The notes under the pieces were generated by a model, which saw only the letters and a program-made list of their open reading frames with translations, was not told the origin of the DNA and did not search any database. Of a stretch of DNA of 64,000 nt, positions 38,134 to 50,300 are shown piece after piece. Within the stretch, counting starts at the first letter, position 1. Each line of letters begins with the position of its first letter. The translations under genes were made by a program, and so were the position numbers. Source of the DNA: Eledone cirrhosa (Eukaryota); the NCBI GenBank assembly GCA_964016885.1, contig OZ024742.1, forward strand, positions 186,186,001 to 186,250,000, given 5' to 3'.

Positions 38134-41100
38134 ATGCAGGGAGCCTCTGTTAGTCCGCACTGCAAAGCTTATTGCTGGCCATATGAACCCAAATCTCTGT
38201 GCTGCTTCCAGGGAAAAGTGAAACTCCCTCAACTTCCTCCTCCTCCACCAAATATACTGAAATATTTCGCTATCACTCAAGCAGGAAATTCTTTTCTCCA
38301 TAAGATACGGGCATATAACAATGTGCTTGCCTTAGCTTCAATTGGTTGCAAAGAGATTAAAGCACCAGGATTTAGTCCCACATTTAAGATCCAAGGTAAG
38401 ATTTGTCATATTATTGGATCACTACTTCCAAGTGATGCTTCACCCAAGTTTGCACAGCTCTACTTCTATGATTCAGATCATGAGCTTCAGAATCACTTGC
38501 ATCATGCTAATTTAGATGCTGCTGTCCTGCAGGACCTGCAAGAAGACTTACAGTACTGCAACACCTATATAAGAAGTTTCAAGACAGTCATTGAAATGCC
38601 AGTCTCTGAAAATGTGAATATTGTCCTACATGCTGACAAAGTAAAACCCACTGATTTTCATTGTCACACATATAATCTTCCCATGGCATCTGAGATTGCT
38701 GTTATTCAACCTGTTACAGCATTAGGTCTTTTGGATGTCATCATTCATAAAAGAGATGGTGGTCTTCAGAGGATTCATCAGTTGCACCGTTCTTATGATC
38801 CTCTGCATTATGTGCTACTGTTTCCTTGGGGGGATGATGGGTTTCAGGTTGGTTTGAAAAGGAGTGACAACAACCACACACTCACACCCACTTGTTTCTA
38901 CTGTTATCGGTTTCAGGTTAGGCAAGGTGACTATAACATTATCATGAAGAGCAGGCGGCTGATGCAGCAATATGCTGTAGATGCCCAGGCAAAAATAGAA
39001 CATTGTCGCCTCAAATGGGCCCGCAACAATCAAACCATGATACGAGCTAAAAAGTATGAGGGTTTGTATGATGCTGCGGCTGAAGGAGATTCAGTAAATG
39101 CAAGCCGGAGAATTGTTCTTCCTCCTTCAATCTATGGTTCACTCCGCTACTACAGTGAGTGCTTTCAGAATTCGATGACTGTGGTTCGACACATGGGAAA
39201 ACCATCTTATTTCATCACGGTAACAACTAACCCTAACTGGGATGAAATAAAAAATAGTTTGCACCCTGGTGAAGAACCTAGATACTGTCCTGATATTTGT
39301 GCAAGAGTTTTTCAAGACCAAGTATGACAGCATCATGGATGACATTGAAAAGAAATGTCCTAGGAAAAGTTGTGGCTCATTCTGCTACAATAGAGTGGCA
39401 GAAACGAGGCCTCACTCATGCTCACATTCTGCTGATAATGGCTGAAAATAGCAAACCCAAAACTACTGATGCCATTGATCAGGTAGTGTACTGTGAGATT
39501 CCTGATAAAGAGACCAATCCAATTCTGCATAAGATCATCACATCCTGCAACATTCATGGCCCATGTGGACAAGCTAATATGATGTGCCAATGTATGGAAG
39601 GGCTAGGACAACAACGCCATTGCTCAAAAAGTTATCCTAAGTCATTCAGACAAACCACATTTGTTGCCGAAAATTCCTTTCCGGAGTATAGAAGAAGGGA
39701 TAGACAGCATGGTGGTCACCCCCATACAATCCAACTTAAAGGTAAAGAATTTACTGTTGATAATCGTTGGATTGTTCCATACAACCCTTTCCTCTCATTG
39801 AGATATCAGTGCCACATCAATTGTGAGGTTGTCCACAGTGTCAAGGCTGTTAAGTACTTATATAAGTACATCACGAAAGGATCAGACAAGATCACTTTCA
39901 CTATTAAGGTTGATCAAGGAAATTGTGTCCATGCCCAAAATGAGATTGAGACCTATATCAATGCACGGTACATCTCAGCCAGTGAAGCATTCTGGAGAAT
40001 CTATAAATTTCCATTACATCATCGAAAACCGCCAGTTGAAAAGTTGCCTTAACATTTACCTGGGGAACAAATGGTCATGTATGAGCGAGGGCAGGAAGAA
40101 AGTGTTGTTTCTAGGGGACAGCCAATGACTAACTTGACGGAATATTTTCAACTGAATATTAGAGATCTACTGGCACAAAACATATTGTATATTGATATTC
40201 CTAAATATTTCACTTGGACAAACAAAAAATGGCAAAGAAGAAAAAAGGGACATCTGGATGGTGATCAACAATTTATGAGTGAATCTCTTGGATGCATTCC
40301 AACAGTATCTCTCAGTAGACATCAATCTGAATTATATTACCTCAGAATGATCCTACATCACAAGGCTGGGTCAACTTCATACAAAGAATTGAGGACAATT
40401 GAAGGAGTTGAATTTCCAACATTCCAAGAAGCATGCAGGAAACTTGGTCTGTTAGATGAAGATGGAGAAAAAAAAACAAAGCTATGGAAGAGGCCTCACC
40501 CATTACGCTTGGTCCTCAGCTGCGAGAGATCTTCTACACCATTTTATTGTACTGCATGCCAAATGACCCTCTGCAGTTCTGGGAGAAATGGAAGAATTGT
40601 CTTGCAGAGGATATCATGCATGAACGTCGTGAGCAAGTCATGTCCATGCAAACTGTGCACAACTATGGACTTCCTCGGCCAGATCCAACTATTGTTGCCA
40701 TACCAGAAATCAACAGGGTTTTTATGGCAGAAACTGATTTCAATACACACCAACTGCAAGCAAACATAAATGAACTTCTGCCAACATTGAATCCTGAGCA
40801 ACTGGTTATTTTTCACAAAGTAATCACCTCTGTAAATGAAAATGAAGGCAGAATTTTCTGCTTGAATGCAAGTGCAGGTACAGGAAAGACCTATGTCATA
40901 AACATCCTATTGGATTACCTCCGATCTAAAAAAAAATTGCACTTGCCACTACCATATCTGGAATAGCAGCCACTTTGCTACACAAAGGTAGAACTCTTCA
41001 TTCCAAGTGCAAGATTCCTCTCAATGTGACTGCTGAATCAACTTGCTTCTTCACAAAGAGCGATGACACAGGTAAACTTATGCAGCAAGCTGACCTGCTA

Positions 41101-41457
41101 ATCATTGATGAGATAGGTATGGGACATAAGCATATCTTTGAATGCCTTGACAGGAGCTTCAAAGATGTTCGAAATTGCAAAAAGCCATTTGGTAGTCTAA
41201 CAGTATTACTATCTGGTGACTGGAAGCAAATTCTTCCAGTTGTACATCATGGTGCTAGACCACAAATAGTTGAGGCAACCATCAAGAGATCCTATCTCTG
41301 GGACTATGTGAAAACCATGGAGATGACAACCAATCAACGGTTAATTAATGCAGAGGATTCTGATGAAAGACAGTTTGCAAACTACCTTCTTGATGTGGGA
41401 AATGGTAACATTCCAACTGTTCCAACTGTAGGTGCATTCACAATAAAAACAAATTAA
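38134..41457 (+). pseudogene. Helitron Rep/helicase, frameshifted and 3'-truncated
   Basis: RAYNNVLALAS, FAQLYFYD, YFITVTTNPNW, EWQKRGLTHAHILL (HUH), IHGPCG, VDNRWIVPYNP, KYLYKYITKG (Y2); Pif1 motifs AGTGKT, GRTLHS, IIDEIGM, GDWKQILPV. Split over five ORFs. Confidence 0.95.
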
Positions 41458-42176
41458 AAACAAACATATACACGAGATGTGCATATACAAATATATATAC
41501 ATAAATATACACATACATACACACACACACACACACATATATATACATGCATAGATACTCATACACACGTATAAAAACACACACTCATATGCATGTGTGC
41601 ATACATATATATATATATAAAATAAACATACGCACATACACATTCTTGCAAAAATAAATATACACATACACAACCACACACACATACGTATATAAAAACA
41701 TGCATACAACAATATTACACACGCATCCACATACATACACATAAGGGTCTACAAAAAAGAGCATAGGTCCATAACTTACGTACATAGGTAAGCAAATGCG
41801 GGCCTAGGCCATAAAAAAGTTGGATTTTCTTTGCTCACGGTATGAAGAAGAGACTGACTAATACATAATTACAATTTCAAGGAAATCGGTCTGCCGTAAC
41901 GCCTCAAAAATACCCTAAAAAGGTGGAAAAAAAGCAGTTTTTCACCTAGGGGATCAAAAAGTTGAATTTTTTTATGTGCATAACACTCCCTGAAATATAA
42001 GTAATACACATGTAAAGTTTGAAAAAGATCAGTTGGGTACTTCTTGGGTTTCACACACATACATACATCCTTCCTCAGTTTTATATATATACATAGGACC
42101 CGTCCCACCCTTGCAAGCAGGGAAAAACAGACGTATGATGATGATGATGATGATATCGATTAAAATAACTGATTAA

Positions 42177-42227
42177 AGTTTAAGCAAAGAATCGTTGCTT
42201 TCACCCTGAACGGGATCTTCTGAAACT
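42177..42227 (-). ncRNA. Hammerhead-like ribozyme, family C (CAGAAGA core)
   Basis: AGUUU-CAGAAGA-U CCC guuca GGG U-GAA-AGCA acgauucuu UGCU-U-AAACU; differences from 32001 are in loops. Confidence 0.68.
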
Positions 42228-42617
42228 AAAAACATCAATCTGTGAACGCAGAAGTAAATATTTCGAAAAACGTTGCAGCCGAAGGAAAATAGGAAGACGA
42301 TACTTTGGTTCATGAAGATGCTCCCTGGCAATGAACGGATAATAGCGAACATTATACATCATCAATGTTCGTCAGAATGTCGTAATGCAGACAGCCAGGC
42401 ATACAGACAGATATTATAAGAGCGCGATGGAGATGGATAACCAGCGCCTAACACCCCTTTAACAAGAGAAAATTGAAAAATAAAAGCTGCAGTTAATATC
42501 TTTAGACCGCAAGGAATATATAAATGCAAGTTTGAAGTCAATCGGAGTAGAAATGTGGATTTGTATAGACTTTGCAAAAATGAGGACACACACACACAGA
42601 CAACATCAGTTTTATAT

Positions 42618-43131
42618 ATCATCATCATCATCATCATCATCATCATTTTACGTCCGCTCTTCCCTGCTTGCAAGGGTGGGACGGGTCTTATTCAGCACAG
42701 CATCTCTCCACTTGTCATGGTCCTTCATCATCTCCACTGTGAGCTTCAGCGATCTGAGGTCTGTTCTCACCACCTCCGCCCATGTTTTTCGTGGTCTACC
42801 TCTATCACGTCTTCCTTCAACTGGCATTTCCTGGCATTTCTTCACTCATCGGTCATCCTCCATGCGCATCACATGTCCATACCACCTCAGTCTCCTCTCC
42901 TGTACACTACATTCTATCCCTCTCAGACACAGTTTCTCTCTCAACACATTCATGCTGGGTCGTTCACGCACATTGACACTGTACATCCAACGGAGCATGC
43001 TTGCCTCATTTCTCTCCAGCCATCGCATATCCTCTGCAGTTGCTACCCATGTCTCACTACCATGCAGCATCGCGCTCCTCACACAGGCATCATACAACCG
43101 GCCTTTCGTATGCAGGGAGAAACCCTTCTTC
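42618..43131 (-). mobile_element. RTE LINE 3' fragment
   Basis: KGRLYDACVRSAMLHGSETW...RRLRWYGHVMR; (CAT)n tail. Confidence 0.9.
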
Positions 43132-44490
43132 GTGGTTCTACCACGAGCCACAGAAAAGTAGTTTGCGGGCCGCATGTTTGAGCCCCCTTTTGGAGATAGA
43201 TAGATAGATAGATAGACGTGTAACACACACACACACACACACATTTCTTAAACTATCTGTCCCTCCCTCTTTCTCTCTTCATTTATATATATATATATGG
43301 CGTTGTTATTTGGCATTGTTGAAAAAAGCAGTGGCCTTTGACCTGGCAATAAAAACCGGAGACAAAATTCTTTCTGTACCAAAACCAAGGCACACACACA
43401 CACACAGAAGTTTGTGTGTGTGTATGTATATGTGTGTGTATATATATATATATATGTGTGTGTGTGGGTGCGTGCATGTTTATGTGTGTGTGTGTGTGGT
43501 GTATCTATCTCTGTATATATATAAGGAATATAGATGTTTCTTTCTCACTGTCACCAAGCTTCTCAATTCATTCGTTGCAACTAAGTATTTTATTTTGCAA
43601 GGTACTATTTTCCCCTTAGTTTGTGATTCCAGAGAAAGGTAAGAAATTCTTCATATTTTGCATCTTTTGTATTTTGACTTTACAGTTTGAATTGTAGAAT
43701 TGTCTAACTACTCAAAATATTACAACAGCTAACAGTGAAATATAGAATTTAAAAAAAAAAGAAGCTTTTTTGACTGAGATCAAGTCTTTGAGAACATTCA
43801 CGTCTATTTTTTCAAAAATATATAATTTGAAATAGTTTGCTTTTGTTTTGGACTGAAACTTTTTTGTATTTAATTCATACGAGTATTTTTTAAAGATTGT
43901 AACACAACTTGATTTGGCCCAGTAATCTACTGATATCAAAATCAGTATATAAATAGGGTGGGTGTGGTGGTGGTGGTGGTGGTGGTGGTGTGTGTGTGTG
44001 TGTGTGGGGGGGGGGGGGGGGCGTTTCGTGATTTCGAAATGGGTTGAGAAACTTTGTCCTAGAAGAATGCCCTGACAGTGGTTTAACCACATGACCGGGT
44101 ATCCGGCCTGATTATTTCTATGTCCCCGCACATATATACACACATGTACATACATATATACATGGGTATATATATATTTACACATTTTTAGATGGCCATT
44201 GACTCTTATGAATTCTTCCGCCCTTTGAGCGGTTTTGTTTTTCGTCTTGCAGGGTGTCCAAAATCACTCTCCTCACCAAGGAAACTTGGTGGGGGTCGCC
44301 AGTTTAGTTGCTGACGGCCCAACCATGCGACAGGTTTTACTGGTTTACATGTATGTTACCAGTAGCACTCAAGTGACCTGACACATATACGCACACACAC
44401 ACACACATATATATATACACACATACACATACATATATATAAATGTATATATATACAAAATGTAGTTTGCTTGAAGCATTGTATATAATA

Positions 44491-46522
44491 TATAACATTG
44501 AAAGAGATAGAAGGCTAAACAATGAAAAATGTAAGTTACCTGGTAATTTTTCTTCTTCTTGTTGTTGTCCTTTTATCTGTCCAATATTTTGGGACCTAAA
44601 AGTCCCTTCTTCAGGGTTTAGGGAACTTTCAGTGTATAATATTCCATAGAAAGACTACATCACCTACAACCTAACCAACTTAAACTCAACAGATATGCCT
44701 TTAGCCTTGACGTTGTCTCCGTCTACATGACAGTACCCGCTCATCCAGCAGTCAACCTAGTGACTGACTTCATCATTTCATACATGTACAGCTTCAACGT
44801 CACTCCACAAGACATACATCAGCTTCTATCTGTCATCATAGAAAATACATATTTCACTTTCTACCACCACACATACAAACAAACAACAGGCCTACCCATG
44901 GGGTCCAGTCTTTCAGGCCTTCTAGCCATCACCTATATGAACCAACTGGAACGTTGAGCACTCAACACCTGCCGCTCCTGCGTTTTCTTCACACGATACA
45001 TAGATGATATACTCATCCTATGGAGGCACTTGGCTTAGTGGTTAGAGCATTGGCCTTGCAATCAAAAGGTTGTGAGTTCAAATCTCAGACCAGGTGATGT
45101 GTTATTTCCTTGAGCAAGACACTTTATTTCACATTGCTCCAGTTTACTCAGCTGTAGAAATGAGATGATAGGGACTGGGGTCCATATCATTCCACTGTAA
45201 AGTGGTCGTGGAGGTGCCATGGCAAAAAAGCACCCAGCACTCACTGTAAATGAGGTTGGTGTTAGGAAGGGCATCCAGCTGTAGAAATCAAGCCAGAATC
45301 AGTTCCCCTCCCACCCTTGCAAGCAGGGAAAAAGCGGACGTAAAATGAAATGATGATGTTGATGATGATCCTCACATCATCCCGTGAAGAGGCTGACATA
45401 ATATCTACGGCATTTTCAAACACAGATAACAACATACGATTTACCACAGAACACCCCAATAAAAATGCTTCCTTGTTTCTGCTGGACTTCCAACTTGGAG
45501 TAACGGAAGAAGGTGCTATATACACCAACTTCTATAGGAAAGCTGCCAGCAGAGAACTGTTTGTGCATTATAGATCAGCCCTTCCCCTTGGTGCTAAAAC
45601 CCGATACATAAGAAATGAACTTACGCATATCTGGACAGAGCAAGACAGAGGACCAGATCACCACTGCACACTTCATAGACGTACTGAAGACGAACGGATA
45701 CCCAATATTCACAATGAGTCGACTTAATAATCAAAGGTGCCACAGGCATAAGATCTCCTCTAACACCTGCTTCATGAAATTACCACATTTCAGCGAAAGC
45801 ATAACCACAGCAATCTACAAAGAAGGACTGGAATATACAATTAGCACACTCCGGCCCTTCATTGCATGGATACCTGTCTAAAAAGCAAACCAGAGACAAC
45901 AACAATCAATGCTTACTGATTAATTGCCCTATCTGCAATATCAGTATGCGCCAGCGGACACATGTGGGATACTGGATTGAATGTAACAAATGTAAGGAGT
46001 TCTACATTGGTAGCACGACTCAAGCACTCTACACTTGCATTAAAGAACACCTCAACACACATGCATCCTCATTAAAAAAACACATTGACAAATGTAAAAA
46101 CATCAACTAACATATTACTGATACTATTAAAGCCAGTGATAGAAATGTGCTTGACATAAAAAGACACACCCACAGACACACAAACTAACATCTCATACAA
46201 AAAAGAAAATTGATTTCGCGAAATACTATATTGGCAATTGACATCATTCACATGGAAAGTGAAATAACCATAAAAAAACGCTTGAAAACGACTTAGAAAA
46301 AATTTAAATCAAAATCAAAATTTAATCCCAAAGAGAGGAAATTGAAACATTATCCACTGAAAGTTCCTTAAAGAAGGGTCTTTTAGGTCCCGAAATATTG
46401 GACAGATAAAAAAACAACAAAAAACAAAACAAAAAAAAAACTAAGATTACCAGGTAACTTTTACTTTTTGTTACCTCATCTTACAGTCCATTTTACATTG
46501 TTTATCCTTCTATCTCTTTCAA

Positions 46523-46530
<8 letters not shown>
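44491..46530 (+). mobile_element. Penelope-like element, 5'-truncated, RT plus GIY-YIG remnants between inverted pLTRs
   Basis: YKQTTGLPMGSSLS, RYIDDIL, FTTEH...LLD, YRK...H..SA, C...CPIC linker, YWIECNKCKEFYIGST...IKEH. 44491-44646 is an inverted copy of 46343-46530; each arm has a hammerhead remnant. Confidence 0.9.
45022..45368 (+). mobile_element. tRNA-headed SINE inserted in the PLE RT just after YIDD
   Basis: Near-identical to 26240-26571; short ATCCT duplication at the ends. Confidence 0.85.
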
Positions 46531-46581
<51 letters not shown>

Positions 46582-46707
46582 ATGTAGGAGGTGAGTTTTA
46601 TTGTAGCACAATAAAGCAATGCAAATATCAGATAAGTAGCACTCTACAGTTTGTAGGACTGGAGTATAAATAATATAAGATCAAAAGATGGTTAAAAGAG
46701 TTCCAAG

Positions 46708-46778
46708 TATTTTATTATGCGCATTTCTAAAACAAATATCATCATGAGATGATATCTGCGTTTTCATCAGATAAAATA
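46708..46778 (-). ncRNA. Minimal type I hammerhead ribozyme within an 86-bp-arm inverted repeat (46671-46873)
   Basis: UAUUUUAU-CUGAUGA-AAAC g CAGAUAUCAUC ucau GAUGAUAUUUG UUUU a-GAA-AUGCGCAU-A-AUAAAAUA. Confidence 0.78.
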
Positions 46779-47324
46779 GGGGTACATGATATCATCTCAT
46801 GATGATATTTGTTTTTGAAATGCATATAATAAAATACTTGGAACTCTTTTAACCATCTTTTGATCTTATATTATATATACATGTATATACACAGGGCGGT
46901 GCCCCAGTATGGCATCAGTCGGATGGCTGGAATAGGTAAAGGAGTATACATACATACATACATATATATATGTCCCACCCTTGCAAGAAGGGAAAAGCGG
47001 ACATAAAATGATGATGACACACATATATATGTGTGTGTATCCTGGGTTCAATTGGGGGTACCCACAGTGAGTAAGGTACTCAATACATAACAGAGTATAA
47101 ATAAAAAAAATAGAAATGGCTTCTATAGGACTAGAACTGTTTCATTCAAAGGAAATCATCAGGAAACCCCTGATGATTTCCTAAACTAGGTCTCAAAAAA
47201 GTACACTAGTACTAAGTATGTATGTGTGTATATATACACACATATACACACACACATCTCTACTTCTACCCCCCCTCTCTCTCTATATATATATATGTAA
47301 CTATCTATCTATCTATCTATATAT

Positions 47325-50300
47325 GAAAACAAAATACCTACAACAAAACGAAAGCACACACAAGAACTACAGACAAAAACAAACACAACACAAGAAAATT
47401 ACACTTACACTTACATAAACACTGAAAACAAAACACTAATGGAGACCATCACGAACGACCCTTCGGTGAAAACTTTCGCCCACTCTATTAAAAATAGCAA
47501 AAAACTGAACCTAAAACTGATTAGGGTCCCTATACAAACTTATAGGTCCCTAAAAGAAACATTTGAGAAGGATGTGGGTAATTCCTGCGTGAAACCACTC
47601 AACCGCGTCCTTCTCAAATGCCTCCCCCACCCCAGTCACCCCCATCCCACCAGACCCCACCCCACCAAACATCTGCGTCCCCACCCCGCCGGAAACCACC
47701 ACCCATCCAGACAACCCCTCCAACACCCCCATGGAAATCGTGCGGCCTGGTCCCCAGGAGGCGAAGGGTGAGTGATCTCTTTTCCTCTTTTAACTTTTCA
47801 GCACCAACATGGCCAATATAAGAGTTGGATGTGTGAACGTACGCGGCCTGGGGATGCCCTGGAAACAGGGCAAACTCTTAAACGACCTCAGGTCGCACAG
47901 TATGGATGTGGTAGCCATTTGCGAGTCCAGGATCCACGGCGAGCGACAGCTGGCCCCCATCTTTGATGACTTTGAGATCTACGCATCTCTCTGTCAACCG
48001 GGGGGTGGGGGCGGAGTTGCCATTTTGCTGCGGAAACACCTGGGCCTCGTAACACAGACGGTACATCTGGACCCAGAGGGTCGACTGGTGGTCCTAGACA
48101 TTGACGGTAGTGAAGGTAGAGCCTTCAGGCTGGTGGCCGCATATGCCCCATCCGGGACACCGCGGCCAGACTTCTTCAAACGTCTAGAGACTTTTCTGGG
48201 AACGTCCCGCTCCTTGCTTTTAGTGGGGGACTGGAATGGAATCCTAGATGCACGTTGGGACTATGTGGGAGCATGTCCCGATAAAGGGGGGTGTAACAGC
48301 CTCAAACAGTTAATCGACCGATTTGACCTGGCCGATAGATATCGACTAGATTTTCTGACTGCGCCACTGTGGACGTGGAGTAATCGTAGCGGAACATCTA
48401 GATCGTACCTAGATAGGGTTCTAGTTAGAAATAAGGATAGGGACATGTTAATCTGTCCACAAATGTTCATGGTTGCCTATTCAGATCACAAACTAGTAAC
48501 CTGCATGGCCAACCTTGATAGAACCCATAGACAAGGACCCGGCTACTGGAAGCTGAACTTGTCGTTACCGACAAGCAAAGCATACAGTAGACGGATTAGC
48601 ACTTTAGTTAAACAGCACTTGACAGGGGCCATTGTCAACAACAGATGGTGGTACTCTCTCAAGAGGGCAGTTAGATTAGACTCGATAGTTTTTAGTAAAG
48701 AATTAGCGTTAGATAGAAATAGAACCGAGAAGGAACTGGTAGATAAAGTAGAAGAGGCAATTAGAAGTGGCAACATAGCCAGTGTGCTAGCAACGAGAAC
48801 GGCCTTGGACCAGTTCTTCGACGCAAAGCACGAGGGCTGCGTTGTCAGAAGCAAAATACGTGCTCTGGGAAACGAGGGAGCCAAAGCTGTTAGCTGGGCC
48901 CGAGTGACGGAAGCAAAAAAGTGGCAACAAGTCCACGATTCGGTCTTTGAAGAACCAAAACGGACGCGTGATACGTGAGCCGAAGCAGATGTGTGCGGCT
49001 TTTCAGCGGCACTTTGCTCGGCTGTTCGGGGGGAGCGGCGCGCCGGGAGAGGCTATGGATTTTGGTCCATACCTCGATGGCCTACCACGACTCTCGGACA
49101 GCGAGGCAAAGTTCTGCGAAAAGCCGATTTCAGCCACTGAGATAGGGGATGCGCTGAGCCAATGCGGCAAACGCAAATCTCCAGGTCTCGACGGTCTACC
49201 CTACGAATTTTACGTAGCAATGCCGGACTTATTCTCCGGTCTCCTGGAAGCGGTCTACTGCAACTGGCAACAGAATGGGAGAATTCCCAGTTCTGTAACC
49301 GGGGGCGTGGTCACACTAATCAGGAAGGACGAGAATAAGGGGGATGACATAGGCAACTTCCGGCCCATAACTCTGCTAAACACAGAGTTACAGATTTTGG
49401 CCAAGGTGTTGGCAAAGAGGCTGGCGCTTGTCGTCGAGAACCTGGTGGGAGAAGCGCAGACATGCACAATCCCGACCAGGTCCATACACGACAATCTCCA
49501 CCTCATGCGATACATCATAGAGAGGGTAGGGTGTAAACCCGGCTTCGGTGGGGCCCTGATCAACTTGGATCAGTCTAAGGCTTTCGATAGGGTTGACCAT
49601 CGTTACCTGGATGCGGTGCTCGAGGCGGCAGGCTTCGGACCCGTGTTCAGGGGCTGGATTGCTGCAATGCACAACAGCAACATCTGCTCAAGGGTCAAGG
49701 TGAACGGCTACCTCTCGGAGCCGTTCCATATTACGCGATCCATTCGACAGGGATGCCCTCGCTCCTCCCTTCTGTACGTACTGACTCTCGAGCCACTACT
49801 GCGGAAGTTGGAGCTATTGCAGCGCATCCCTCTTGAACCGGGACTGCGGAAAGCGGCGTCGGCCTACGCCGACGACGTGACAGTAATGGTGTCGAGCGCC
49901 TTGCAAATCGAGGAAGTCGGCACCTTACTGAAGGAATACCAAAGTGTCACAGGAGCGAAGCTGAACCGGGACAAGTCCATCGGTTTGCAACTCGGATCGT
50001 GGAGAGGCAGACCGATGCCTTTCGATGGCGTCGTCGGACGCTGGACGGAAGGACCGGTAAAGCTGCTCGGGGTCTGGTTTGGTCTGGACCTCCAGGTGGA
50101 GAAGAACTGGAACGAAGTGACGGCCAAGGTGTTTGCATTCACCCAGAAGTGGGCCGAGTGCAAACTATCCTTGAAAGGTCGAGCGGAGGTGGCGAACACT
50201 TTTATAGCGTCCGCCATCTACTTGACCGTCGTGCCTTGTCCAGCCAAAACGCTCGCCAAAATGGAGCGCGCGCTCTTCCGATTCCTTTGGAAGAGGCGGG

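Noticed and set aside
38134-41457. Host PIF1 helicase gene
   Set aside because: Fused to a HUH Rep domain, intronless, frameshifted and truncated, so a Helitron relic.
42340-42380. CUGACGA motifs on the minus strand (also about 2669) and CUGAAGA at about 9405
   Set aside because: No matching GAAA/helix III half; at most decayed remnants.
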